From the NCBI RefSeq assembly GCF_003334385.1, contig NZ_QOWN01000022.1: a DNA stretch of 64,000 nucleotides. One strand, given 5' to 3'. The stretch comes from Escherichia coli. Lineage in GTDB: Bacteria; Pseudomonadota; Gammaproteobacteria; Enterobacterales; Enterobacteriaceae. Position numbers and translations under genes: made by a program. Below the pieces are notes generated by a model that was given only the letters and a program-made list of their open reading frames with translations, searched no databases and was not told the DNA's origin. Shown here one piece after another: positions 24,262-35,385 of this stretch (positions are counted from its first letter, which is position 1; each line of letters begins with the position of its first letter).

Positions 24262-25182
24262 TTACAGAGTTTCCTCAAAGAACGGAGCTAATACTGAAAT
24301 TGCTTCAGCCACATAGGCTTTGCCGTCATAAAGATCCATATGGTTTGCGCCTTCAACAATGTGATAGCGTTTATCCTGGCTTGATGCTCGATCGTACAGG
24401 TCGTCACTCATCCATTTGCTCCCTGCCTGGCTGCCCGCCACAATCTGCGTCGGCTGAGTCAGGTACACTTCCGCCATATGGTAAGCATCATAGGTAATAA
24501 TCTGGTTAAGGCTGCGCAAAGTAGCGTAACCCGGTGCTGTTGGATACTGCGCGCGAGGGGGGTGGTAATACTCCCAGGCCTGACGCAGTTCTTCGTTCGG
24601 CGCATCGGACTCCTTCATTGGTGCCAGTGGCATAATGGCGTATTCTCCGCTGCTAATATCGCTGGTTCTGGCGTTTGAACCCGCTTCAACGTATGGCAGG
24701 GCATCAATAGATTTCACATTGTTTTCCCAACCATTACGGAATATCGAACCAATATTGACCGCACTAACGGTACCGATGGCCTTGATGCGGCGATCCTGAA
24801 TTGCAGCATTGGCTGTATATCCTGCACCGGCACAAATTCCCATCGCACCAATTCGGGTATTGTCGACATAAGAAAGCGTTGTCAGGTAATCAATCACGGC
24901 ACTGATGTCTTCAGTACGAATGTATGGGTTTTCTAACTGACGCGGCTCGCCGCCACTTTCACCTTGATAAGATGCGTCATAAGCAATAGTGACAAATCCC
25001 TTTTCCGCCAGTTTTTTGGCATAGGTTCCGGCCGTTTGTTCTTTAACGCCCCCACCTGGGTGAGATAACACAATTGCCTGATACTGACGGGTTTCATCAA
25101 ATTTTGGAGGGAAATAGATCACTGCAGACAAAGAGATGGTTGGATTATTGCTGTTAGTGAAGCTGACTTTATTATTCATCAT
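24262..25182 (-). CDS. ycjY: alpha/beta hydrolase
   Basis: ORF track 24262..25194; start may be Met 1 or Met 5 of ORF. Confidence 0.85.
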   Translation of the reverse strand: MMNNKVSFTNSNNPTISLSAVIYFPPKFDETRQYQAIVLSHPGGGVKEQTAGTYAKKLAEKGFVTIAYDASYQGESGGEPRQLENPYIRTEDISAVIDYLTTLSYVDNTRIGAMGICAGAGYTANAAIQDRRIKAIGTVSAVNIGSIFRNGWENNVKSIDALPYVEAGSNARTSDISSGEYAIMPLAPMKESDAPNEELRQAWEYYHPPRAQYPTAPGYATLRSLNQIITYDAYHMAEVYLTQPTQIVAGSQAGSKWMSDDLYDRASSQDKRYHIVEGANHMDLYDGKAYVAEAISVLAPFFEETL

Positions 25183-25249
25183 TCCGTTCCTCATGGAGTT
25201 GTCGGTTCGTTTTAACGGTTGGTGATATCACTATAGATATTGATCATTA

Positions 25250-25280
25250 AGTTGATTAGACCCAAAATCATGATTAGACC
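25250..25280. promoter_or_regulatory. direct repeats in divergent ycjY/pgrR promoter region (candidate LysR-type operator)
   Basis: tgattagacc repeated twice about 15 bp apart (25254-25278). Confidence 0.4.
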
Positions 25281-25319
25281 TATCATTTAAATGATTAATA
25301 GATTGCATGGAGATACTGA

Positions 25320-26219
25320 ATGAAGCGTGAAGAAATCGCTGATCTGATGGCGTTTGTCGTCGTTGCAGAGGAGCGTAGCTTCACTCGTGCAGCAGCCCGC
25401 CTGAGCATGGCGCAGTCAGCTTTAAGCCAGATAGTGCGTCGTATAGAAGAACGATTGGGATTGCGGCTTCTGACGCGAACCACGCGCAGCGTTGTTCCAA
25501 CTGAAGCGGGCGAGCATCTTTTGTCTGTTCTTGGCCCTATGTTGCATGACATAGATTCAGCCATGGCATCCCTGAGCGATCTGCAGAACCGCCCATCCAG
25601 GACAATACGTATTACTACTGTAGAACATGCAGCAAAAACGATATTGTTACCAGCAATGCGCACATTCCTGAAATCGCATCCTGAAATTGATATTCAGCTC
25701 ACCATTGATTATGGTTTGACCGATGTCGTTTCTGAACGTTTTGATGCAGGCGTCCGTCTGGGTGGGGAGATGGATAAAGATATGATCGCCATTCGAATCG
25801 GGCCAGATATACCAATGGCTATTGTTGGCTCACCGGATTATTTTTCTCGCCGAAGTGTTCCAACGTCAGTGTCACAATTAATAGATCATCAGGCAATTAA
25901 TTTGTATCTTCCCACATCGGGTACAGCAAATCGCTGGAGATTAATACGCGGTGGACGTGAAGTTCGTGTTCGCATGGAAGGTCAGCTTTTACTGAATACG
26001 ATAGACCTGATCATTGATGCTGCAATTGATGGGCATGGATTGGCGTATCTACCTTATGATCAGGTTGAGCGGGCTATTAAAGAAAAAAAACTGATACGTG
26101 TTTTGGATAAATTCACACCAGATTTACCCGGTTATCACCTGTACTATCCACACCGTCGACATGCTGGCTCGGCATTCTCATTATTTATAGATAGGCTGAA
26201 GTATAAAGGTGCTGTTTAG
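25320..26219 (+). CDS. pgrR: LysR-family regulator of peptidoglycan recycling
   Basis: 299-aa ORF, N-terminal LysR HTH; divergent from ycjY. Confidence 0.9.
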   Translation: MKREEIADLMAFVVVAEERSFTRAAARLSMAQSALSQIVRRIEERLGLRLLTRTTRSVVPTEAGEHLLSVLGPMLHDIDSAMASLSDLQNRPSRTIRITTVEHAAKTILLPAMRTFLKSHPEIDIQLTIDYGLTDVVSERFDAGVRLGGEMDKDMIAIRIGPDIPMAIVGSPDYFSRRSVPTSVSQLIDHQAINLYLPTSGTANRWRLIRGGREVRVRMEGQLLLNTIDLIIDAAIDGHGLAYLPYDQVERAIKEKKLIRVLDKFTPDLPGYHLYYPHRRHAGSAFSLFIDRLKYKGAV

Positions 26220-26555
26220 CACTACTTGCTGATACATTAATTTAATTCTTCTCTTAACGTATTCTCAGTTCCTTTCAACGTTTTGGTCATTTTTTATTCT
26301 TCGTACAATGGCGACAGATGCTGATTATGATACCGAAAACGGGTTTGAACGTGCGAAGCCCGAACGTAGTGTTCGGAGTTCTATGTGCTTTACCGCATTT
26401 TGGAGACTATTATTTACACTAAATCTGATTTGATATATTGATACTTAAAACATTTGATGCTTCCTTTGTCACTTTTTTGATGGAAGTTGTTTGCATTTCT
26501 TTAAGGCGAAACAAATAATTACGCATCAATTTTAATGTCGGTTAGAGGGAAACTT

Positions 26556-28169
26556 ATGAAGCACTCTGTTTCAGTCACGTGTTGTGCGCTGTTGGTCAGC
26601 AGCATTTCTCTTTCGTATGCTGCAGAAGTTCCGAGCGGCACAGTACTGGCAGAGAAGCAGGAGCTGGTGCGCCACATTAAAGATGAGCCTGCGTCGCTGG
26701 ATCCCGCTAAAGCCGTGGGCCTGCCAGAGATTCAGGTCATTCGCGATCTGTTTGAAGGTCTGGTGAATCAGAACGAAAAAGGGGAGATTGTCCCCGGCGT
26801 TGCGACTCAGTGGAAAAGTAATGACAACCGTATCTGGACTTTTACCCTGCGCGATAACGCAAAATGGGCGGATGGCACACCGGTAACGGCGCAAGATTTT
26901 GTCTACAGCTGGCAACGTCTGGTGGACCCAAAAACATTGTCGCCATTTGCATGGTTTGCCGCGCTGGCGGGAATCAACAACGCACAGGCGATTATTGATG
27001 GTAAAGCTACGCCTGACCAGCTTGGCGTCACCGCAGTTGATGCCCATACTTTGAAAATTCAGCTTGATAAACCGTTGCCGTGGTTTGTGAATTTAACCGC
27101 TAACTTTGCCTTCTTCCCGGTGCAAAAAGCCAACGTAGAAAGCGGTAAAGAGTGGACGAAACCCGGAAATCTGATCGGCAATGGCGCTTATGTTCTTAAA
27201 GAGCGCGTAGTCAATGAAAAACTGGTCGTGGTACCGAATACCCATTATTGGGATAACGCCAAAACGGTACTGCAAAAAGTGACCTTCCTGCCAATTAATC
27301 AGGAATCCGCAGCCACTAAGCGTTACCTCGCGGGGGATATTGATATCACCGAATCCTTCCCGAAAAATATGTATCAGAAGCTGTTGAAGGATATTCCGGG
27401 GCAGGTTTATACGCCGCCGCAGCTCGGGACCTATTATTATGCGTTTAACACGCAAAAAGGGCCGACGGCAGATCAGCGCGTTCGTCTGGCATTAAGTATG
27501 ACGATAGATCGCCGCCTGATGACCGAAAAAGTATTAGGGACGGGCGAAAAGCCAGCGTGGCATTTTACACCAGATGTTACCGCGGGATTTACGCCGGAAC
27601 CTTCGCCGTTTGAACAAATGAGTCAGGAAGAACTGAATGCGCAGGCAAAAACTTTGTTGAGCGCAGCTGGTTATGGTCCGCAAAAACCGCTGAAGCTGAC
27701 GCTTTTGTATAACACTTCAGAAAACCATCAAAAAATTGCGATTGCTGTAGCATCGATGTGGAAAAAGAACCTTGGCGTAGATGTTAAATTGCAAAATCAG
27801 GAATGGAAAACCTATATCGATAGCCGTAACACCGGCAATTTTGATGTTATCCGCGCCTCGTGGGTGGGGGATTATAATGAACCCTCCACTTTCCTGACAT
27901 TATTAACGTCAACGCATTCAGGAAATATTTCACGCTTTAACAATCCGGCATATGACAAAGTTCTGGCCCAGGCATCGACGGAAAATACCGTTAAAGCGCG
28001 TAATGCCGATTACAACGCGGCAGAAAAAATCCTCATGGAGCAAGCACCGATTGCACCAATTTATCAATATACCAATGGACGATTAATCAAGCCGTGGCTG
28101 AAAGGTTATCCCATTAATAATCCTGAAGATGTGGCGTACAGTCGGACTATGTATATTGTGAAGCATTGA
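26556..28169 (+). CDS. mppA: periplasmic murein tripeptide-binding protein (OppA paralogue)
   Basis: ORF track 26535..28169; start MKHSVSVTCCALL with signal peptide. Confidence 0.92.
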   Translation: MKHSVSVTCCALLVSSISLSYAAEVPSGTVLAEKQELVRHIKDEPASLDPAKAVGLPEIQVIRDLFEGLVNQNEKGEIVPGVATQWKSNDNRIWTFTLRDNAKWADGTPVTAQDFVYSWQRLVDPKTLSPFAWFAALAGINNAQAIIDGKATPDQLGVTAVDAHTLKIQLDKPLPWFVNLTANFAFFPVQKANVESGKEWTKPGNLIGNGAYVLKERVVNEKLVVVPNTHYWDNAKTVLQKVTFLPINQESAATKRYLAGDIDITESFPKNMYQKLLKDIPGQVYTPPQLGTYYYAFNTQKGPTADQRVRLALSMTIDRRLMTEKVLGTGEKPAWHFTPDVTAGFTPEPSPFEQMSQEELNAQAKTLLSAAGYGPQKPLKLTLLYNTSENHQKIAIAVASMWKKNLGVDVKLQNQEWKTYIDSRNTGNFDVIRASWVGDYNEPSTFLTLLTSTHSGNISRFNNPAYDKVLAQASTENTVKARNADYNAAEKILMEQAPIAPIYQYTNGRLIKPWLKGYPINNPEDVAYSRTMYIVKH

Positions 28170-28219
28170 TGTGATGGGAACTGGCGTTACCCTTGTGCAT
28201 AACGCCAGTGATGTCTGAT

Positions 28220-29251
28220 TTAGCGACCCTGTTCCGGCGGTGTAATGTTATCCATATACAGCGTCTGGCTGGGGAAGGCAAAGTCCGCGCCGTGTGACTG
28301 TACAATATCGATAATCTTCAAATAAACGTCTTGCTGTGCAGCAAGCCATTCAGCCCATACCGTGGTTTTGGTAAAGCAATAAACCATAATATTCAATGAA
28401 GAGTCAGCAAACTGGTTGAAATAAACCAGTAAGGTTTGTCGCTGGTCGATGGCCGGGTGATTTTTCAGCATCTCACGTACAGCTTCGACAATAACGCCCA
28501 CTTTTGCCGCATCCTCATAACGTAAACCAATGGTCGTGGTAATGCGGCGGTTGGTCATTCGTCCTGGGTTTTCTACGCTGATCGACGAAAACAGCGAGTT
28601 CGGTACGTACAATGGACGATTATCAAAGGTCGTAATTTTGGTAATTCGCCAGCCAATTTCCGCTACTGTACCTTCGATATTTCTGTCCGGTGAACGGATC
28701 CAGTCGCCAATACTGAAAGGACGGTCGAAATAGAGCATAATCCCGGAAAAGAAGTTACTCAGAATATCTTTACCGGCCATACCGACAGCCAGACCACCAA
28801 TACCACCAAAGGTCAGCAAGCCAGAAAGGCTCATGCCGAAATGTTCGCCATAAAGCAGAACAAGCACCACAATAATGGTGATTTTGATGATACGCGACAT
28901 AATCCGCGCACTGGTGATATCGCGACCTTTTTTAATCTGCTGTTTTTCAAACTGATTAATCAGCAGAAATAGCTTAATCGTCAGAATAACCGCAATCAGG
29001 GACGTACAGATAAAATCGATAACGCCTGGGGTGATAAATTTGAGTTTATAGTTTTCTATAACATAATTAATAATGCTACCAACAGCACTGATAATTATGG
29101 TGTAGATTAAAAATTGCACCGCATGGAATAAAAATCCTTTTCTTTTACGATTTCCACGGCGAAACCAAAAGCTCATCAGAATCAATGCTGCGCAGCTACC
29201 GAAAATAATGACCAGATTAAGCGCATTATTTGTAAACAGTTCAGCGATCAT
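28220..29251 (-). CDS. ynaI: MscS-family mechanosensitive channel
   Basis: 343-aa multi-TM ORF; synteny. Confidence 0.9.
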
Positions 29252-29494
29252 TGTTTTATCAGGCTCCTCCAGATAATTGTCGTCATGCCGGAAACCCCTG
29301 GCGGGGCTATTTTACCGCGACAATTCATTCAGATCATCAATAGTCAGGGAAGGAAGTAGCAACATTAGCTAACTAATCAATGCGTTGATTGTAAATCCAG
29401 CTAAGAGGTGAGGTTTTCAGAGCAGACAACGGTGAAATGTCATGGTATTGTTACGTTTAGGTAACAAGAAATTTGTCTGCACAAGGATTACATC

Positions 29495-29752
29495 ATGATT
29501 ATGGCGAAACTGAAGTCAGCGAAAGGGAAGAAATTTCTCTTTGGTTTGTTGGCGGTTTTCATTATTGCGGCGTCGGTTGTGACTCGCGCGACCATCGGCG
29601 GCGTTATAGAACAGTACAATATTCCGCTGTCTGAGTGGACGACATCAATGTATGTGATTCAGTCATCGATGATTTTTGTTTATAGCCTGGTCTTTACTGT
29701 GTTGCTGGCAATCCCGTTGGGAATTTATTTCCTTGGCGGCGAAGAGCAGTAA
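29495..29752 (+). CDS. ynaJ: small inner membrane protein
   Basis: 85-aa ORF with two TM helices. Confidence 0.85.
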   Translation: MIMAKLKSAKGKKFLFGLLAVFIIAASVVTRATIGGVIEQYNIPLSEWTTSMYVIQSSMIFVYSLVFTVLLAIPLGIYFLGGEEQ

Positions 29753-29785
29753 GTAAAAAATAGGCCCGATAACTCGGGCCTTGTC
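29752..29785. terminator. bidirectional terminator between convergent ynaJ and uspE
   Basis: A-run then hairpin aggcccg-ataact-cgggcct. Confidence 0.7.
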
Positions 29786-29801
29786 AGTTATTGAAGAGTC
29801 G

Positions 29802-30752
29802 TTAATCGTCTTCTTCGTCATCCAGTTCAACGGGTGTCTGATACTGGTCAGGTTTAATGACCAGCAGGTCGCAGCGAAGATGATCAATCACCTGTTCCGC
29901 CGTGTTGCCGAGGAATGCTGCTGAAATACCGGTGCGTCCTACCGTGCCCAGAACCACAATCCCCGCCTGTAAGTGCTCCGCCAAATCAGGAATCACCTCT
30001 TCTGGCAGACCTTTTTCTACGTGCGTCATGTTTTCATTAATGCCGAATTTCTGCCGCAGGGCTTTCATTGCCAGCAAATGTTGCCCACGAATGGCATCGT
30101 TATAAACGCTCGGGTCAAATTCCGGCAGTTCAATCGCGATATTAATTGGCGTTACCGGATAAGCGCCAACCAGATGAACTTCGGTATGGTTGACTTGTTC
30201 TGCCAGTTCGATCGTCTCTTTGACCAGTTTTTCATTGAGCGCATTATGATACGGCTCTTCACTGGCGAGATTCACCGCCACCAGCGCCTTGCCTCCTTCC
30301 GGCCACGGCTGGTCTTTCACCATCCACACCGGGCTTGGGCATTTGCGTAACAGATGCCAGTCCGTTGGCGTAAAAATCACCGCTTCCAGACGGTCATGTT
30401 GGTGCGCCATTTTTAGCACCAAATCGTGTCCGCCGCTGATCACTTCCTGAATGATGGCTTCGAAAGGACGGTTATGCCAGACCACTTTAATTTCAATGGG
30501 AACGCCAGCATTGAGATAATATTTTGCCTGCTCGTGGATCCAGGCTGTACGCTGGCTGATGACGCCCTGACGCATAGCGGTACGTTCGTCCGGGGAGAGC
30601 AGGGTGGTCATTTCGTATGAGAAGTCATAGATCGGCAAAAAGGCTTTAATTTTGCCACCAATCCGTTGATGTAAATAAACAGCTCGCCGCAATGCTGGTT
30701 GGTCGTCCTGGTTAGGATCGATAACAACGAGCATGTTCTGATACATAGCCAT
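29802..30752 (-). CDS. uspE: universal stress protein E (tandem Usp domains)
   Basis: ORF track 29802..30779; recognised start [13 protein letters not shown]. Confidence 0.92.
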   Translation of the reverse strand: MAMYQNMLVVIDPNQDDQPALRRAVYLHQRIGGKIKAFLPIYDFSYEMTTLLSPDERTAMRQGVISQRTAWIHEQAKYYLNAGVPIEIKVVWHNRPFEAIIQEVISGGHDLVLKMAHQHDRLEAVIFTPTDWHLLRKCPSPVWMVKDQPWPEGGKALVAVNLASEEPYHNALNEKLVKETIELAEQVNHTEVHLVGAYPVTPINIAIELPEFDPSVYNDAIRGQHLLAMKALRQKFGINENMTHVEKGLPEEVIPDLAEHLQAGIVVLGTVGRTGISAAFLGNTAEQVIDHLRCDLLVIKPDQYQTPVELDDEEDD

Positions 30753-30903
30753 ACAGGGTCTCCTTACAACAACTGTCAACGCAGTTTGTAATTAAAAGAT
30801 TAACCCATATCTGGTGAATGAAACAGTGATGAACCTTCTGCCAGATCAATAAATCAGAAAAATTTAATGATATGACAGAAGGATAGTGAGTTATGCGGAA
30901 AAA

Positions 30904-31656
30904 TCAGGCAACGTTACGCGTATGACCAGCAAGCTGGGCCAGCGCATCGTTATTTTCGATGGTGATGTATTTACCTTTGACTGCCAGCATGCCGCTTTTC
31001 TGGAAGCGACCCAGCAGACGGCTGATGGTTTCTACCGTCAGGCCCAGATAGTTACCGATATCGCCACGAGTCATCGTCAGGCGGAATTCACGAGGGGAGA
31101 AGCCGCGTTGGGCAAAACGACGGGACAGGTTGTAGATGAATGCAGCCAGACGTTCCTCGGCATTTTTCTTCGACAACAGCAGGATCATGTCCTGATCGCC
31201 TTTGATTTCACCGCTCATCAGACGCATCATCTGCTGACGCAGATTCGGCATTTTACCGGACAAATCGTCCAGCGTTTCGAACGGGATTTCACATACCATC
31301 GAGGTTTCCAGCGCCTGCGCGAAGCTCGGGTGATGGCCGCTGCCGATGGCGTCAAATCCCACCAGGTCGCCTGCTAAATGGAAACCAGTGATTTGCTCGT
31401 CGCCTTGCTCAGTGATGGTATAACTTTTAATCGTACCGGAGCGGATGGCATAAAGCGATTTAAGTTCATCACCAGCCTTAAACAGCGTCTGGCCTTTCTG
31501 AATAGGCTTCTTCCGCTCAATGATATTATCAAGCTGATCAAGCTCATGTTCGTTGAGTGTGAACGGGATGCAAAGCTGGCTGATGCTGCAATCCTGGCAA
31601 TGGATAGCACAACCGCCAGACTGAATGCGCCGTATAATTCGCTTTTCCGGGATCAT
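30904..31656 (-). CDS. fnr: global anaerobic regulator FNR (CRP family, 4Fe-4S)
   Basis: ORF track 30904..31713; FNR start [23 protein letters not shown] with N-terminal Cys cluster. Confidence 0.95.
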
Positions 31657-31850
31657 AGGTCTGCTCAAGCCGTAATTGATATTTGTCAATTTTAACATCT
31701 TTTTAGGGAGCAAGTAAGTCTAAGCAAACCTTAACAGCAGAGAATTCCGATATTAGATGTAAATATATGTCTATCTATTTGAAAACCCTTAAGTTGTTAA
31801 GGGTAACTTTACATAAAAGTGTGAACAAGCTGGCACAAATTGTTTAATGT

Positions 31851-32366
31851 TTACAGCAAAAGATAACCTTCATGGCGCAATAACCACTCTTTTCGCTGAA
31901 CTCCGCCTGCATATCCGGTCATGGTGCCGTTTCGGCCAATAACCCGATGGCAAGGTACGACGATGCTGATGGGATTCGATCCGTTTGCCGCACCAACGGC
32001 ACGCGCCGCGCCAGGACGGCCCAATTGCTCAGCCAGTTGGCCGTAATGCATTACCTGCCCGCAGGGGATAGTGCGTAGTGTTTTCCAGACTTCGCGCTGA
32101 AATGGCGTCCCCCCCGTAGCAGTGGGAAGCGTATCAATAATGCTAAGATTACCGGCAAAATATTCACGAAGCTTGTCGCTTAAACCGCCTGGATTGGTGG
32201 CAGAAATGCGCTCATAGCCTTCTTTGCGATAATGGATGTCCAGCAGCTGCACCATGCGTTCGCTGTACTCTTCCCATTCAACCGCCCGCAGGCGAAATTG
32301 CTCATCGCAAATCACCCACAGTGGACCCAGTGGCGTGGCAATTTTTTCTTCAAGTAATCTCAGCAT
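31851..32366 (-). CDS. ogt: O6-methylguanine-DNA methyltransferase
   Basis: 171-aa ORF with active site PCHRV. Confidence 0.93.
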
Positions 32367-32376
32367 CCGTTCTCTC

Positions 32377-33903
32377 TTAAGACAAACGTGGGTAAATACC
32401 CGGACCTATCGGCAGACCGACAAGATACCACGCCAGCAACATCAGCAGCCATACCACCAAAAAGATAAGTGGATAGGGCAAGACTAACGAATAGTAAGTA
32501 CCCAGTTTCGCGTCTGGTTTGTAGCGTTGCAGGAATCCAAGAAACAGTGGAACAAAAGGAGATACCGGCGCTAAAGGCAATACGGATGAGTCGGCAATAC
32601 GAAAGAGGATTTGCGCAAATGCCGGGTGAAAGCCAAGTAGCATAAACATTGGTACGAAAATGGGGGCAAGAATCGACCAGATTGCGGAACCGCTGGCAAT
32701 AAACATGCATAAGAAAGAGGAAAGCAACGCCAGACCGACAAACGCCGGGATGCCGCTAAGCCCTGAACTTTCCAGTATATCGGTCAGCCCCACGGCGATG
32801 AATTTCCCCATGTTGCTCCAGTTAAACATGGCGACAAATTGGGCGAGGGGAAAAACCATCACGATAAATCCCGCCATCTCTTTCATCGGTTCAATCATTA
32901 AATGCGGTAAATCCGCCTGACGTCGAATTGTGCGGGTAGCGATGCCATAAGCCAGCGAGACAACAAAGAAAAAAAGAATGATCAGTGGCACGATACCTTT
33001 AATAAAGGGTGATGGCATCACGGTGTGATTAATCGGATCGCGCAATATCCCGTTTTGCGGGATCACCATCAGCGCAATCGCAGCAATAAAAAGTAGCGAT
33101 ACGACACCTGCTATGCGTAAACCAAAACGCTGACTTTCGGTCAATGTCTGCAGTTTCTCATCGCTGTTTCCCTGCCATTGACCTAACCGTGGCTCGATGA
33201 TTTTGTCGGTTATCAGGCCGCCAACAATCGTCAGTACGACTACGGAGCTGGCCATAAAATACCAGTTATCAATTACACTGACGTGCATTTGCGGATTGAA
33301 CGCAGCTGCCGCTTCCGTGCTGATCCCCGACAGCAACACGTCGGTTGTGACAATCAGTAAATTAGCCGTAAAGCCGCAACCTACGCCTGCAATGGCAGCC
33401 AGTAAACCTGCAACTGGATGCCTGCCCACCGCCAGAAAAATCAGCGCACCCATCGGTGGCATGATCACTAACGCCGCATCGGAAGAAATGTGGCTGAAAA
33501 AAGCAATAAACAGCACCATATAACTGGCGTAGCGGGCATTAACATGCGATGCCATTTTAACCATTAGTGCTGGCAGTAAGCCGACGCGCTCCGCCAGACC
33601 GGCACCTAAAACCAGCGCCAGGATCGCACCAAGTGGAGCAAAACCGCTAAAGTTTTTAATAACATTGGGTAAAAACCAGTGTAATCCTTCCACACTGAGC
33701 AGGTTTTTCACCACGACCGGCGTACCATCGGTCGGGTTTTTCGCACTGACGCCAAAGGCCGACAAAATTGCCGTCGTCACCATGAGTACGATAATCAAAT
33801 AGATAAAGAGCAGAAAAGGATGGGGAACCTTGTTACCAATTCTTTCGACCCAGCCATAGAGCTTCCCGGATTGGGAGGACGACGGTATGGATGACATACT
33901 CAT
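32377..33903 (-). CDS. abgT: p-aminobenzoyl-glutamate transporter
   Basis: about 508-aa polytopic membrane ORF; exact start among first three Met codons uncertain. Confidence 0.9.
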
Positions 33904-33939
33904 GGGCATTCCTCGGTTGTTGTGTTTGCGTTGTTGTTG

Positions 33940-35385
33940 TTATTTTAAAGGTGACGGTGTCACGTTTTTCGGGATAGGGCAGTGATACGGTTGCGTGTCC
34001 GTTACTTGCTGATGCTCTTGTTGGCATTCTTGCAATAGCCCTGAATCAAGGAAGAGATTGACTGTGGTTGCTGCCATAGTTTTCGCCGCCAGCAGCATTC
34101 CTTTATGAGCAATAGATGTTCGCCCCTGGCTAACCAGTTGCCACGTATGTAGCGGTGTACCGACGGCAAAACAGGGGCTGAAACACTGGGCAACAGGCAG
34201 TTTCCAACTGACGTCGCCGACATCAGTCGATGCCGCAAGCACGTTATCGGTGGCGGCATATGGAGCGACTTCATTCGCCAGTACCGTTTCACGATGACGT
34301 AGTGCAAAAACCTTGCCGTTTTCGCCACCGGTTGCGGCGATATTATTCAGACTGTTTTGCCGATCGTTGGAGGTGAGCGTAGCCTGAATTTGTTTCGCAA
34401 AAGCCAGTTCTTCGGAGTTCCATTCCGGGGTACCAAAATGGGATAGGGCCTGGTACATGGCATTTTCTAAGGTGCGATTCGGGAGATAACTGGAACAGGC
34501 TTTGTCGAAGCGGCATTCAACCGTGGTTTCGGTCATCAATGCCGCACCTTCGGCGATTTTGGCGACCCGATCATAAATATGCTGCACGTCGGTCATTTCG
34601 GGGGCGCGGATAAGATAAAGCACTTCTGCCTGCGCCTGGACCACGTTGGGCGAGATCCCGCCGCTATTTGTGATGGCATAGTGTACGCGCGCTTTTTCAA
34701 TAATATGTTCGTTGAGGAAGTTGGTGCCAGTGGTCATCAACGTTACGGCATCAAGGGCGCTGCGTCCCAAATGAGGGGAATTCGCGGCATGTGCTGCGAT
34801 CCCTTTAAAGCGCCATGATGCCTGAATGTTTGCCAGCGTGCGGGTATTGAACATACCGGCAAAGGCTTCCGGGTGCCAGGTGAGTGCCGCATCCACATCA
34901 TCAAATACCCCCTCGCGAACCATGAACGTTTTACCCGAGCCGCCTTCTTCGCCAGGACAACCATAAAAGCGCACCGTGCCGCCTTGCCCATATTGTTCCA
35001 GCCATTTCTTGACGGCTATTGCAGCGGCAAAGGCGGCGGTTCCCAGCAAATTGTGTCCGCAACCGTGACCATTTTCACCGGGCGTCACGGATGTAGGTTG
35101 CGCGCAACCTGCTTGCTGACTTAAACCTGCCAGGGCGTCATATTCTCCCAGCAGGGCGATAACCGGTTTGCCTTGACCAAACGAAGCAATAAAGGCATTT
35201 GGGATATTGCCTACGTTGCGGGTAACGGTGAAGCCTGCAGATTCCAGCGCCGAAGCCAGATGCTCCGCTGACCAGAACTCTTCAAAACGTGTTTCTGGAT
35301 GATCCCAGATTTGATCGGCAATATCGGTATAACGTTGGCGATCGGCTTCAATCGCATCGTCGATAAAACGATAGATTTCCTGCAT
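33940..35385 (-). CDS. abgB: p-aminobenzoyl-glutamate hydrolase subunit B (M20 peptidase)
   Basis: 481-aa ORF; synteny. Confidence 0.9.
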   Translation of the reverse strand: MQEIYRFIDDAIEADRQRYTDIADQIWDHPETRFEEFWSAEHLASALESAGFTVTRNVGNIPNAFIASFGQGKPVIALLGEYDALAGLSQQAGCAQPTSVTPGENGHGCGHNLLGTAAFAAAIAVKKWLEQYGQGGTVRFYGCPGEEGGSGKTFMVREGVFDDVDAALTWHPEAFAGMFNTRTLANIQASWRFKGIAAHAANSPHLGRSALDAVTLMTTGTNFLNEHIIEKARVHYAITNSGGISPNVVQAQAEVLYLIRAPEMTDVQHIYDRVAKIAEGAALMTETTVECRFDKACSSYLPNRTLENAMYQALSHFGTPEWNSEELAFAKQIQATLTSNDRQNSLNNIAATGGENGKVFALRHRETVLANEVAPYAATDNVLAASTDVGDVSWKLPVAQCFSPCFAVGTPLHTWQLVSQGRTSIAHKGMLLAAKTMAATTVNLFLDSGLLQECQQEHQQVTDTQPYHCPIPKNVTPSPLK

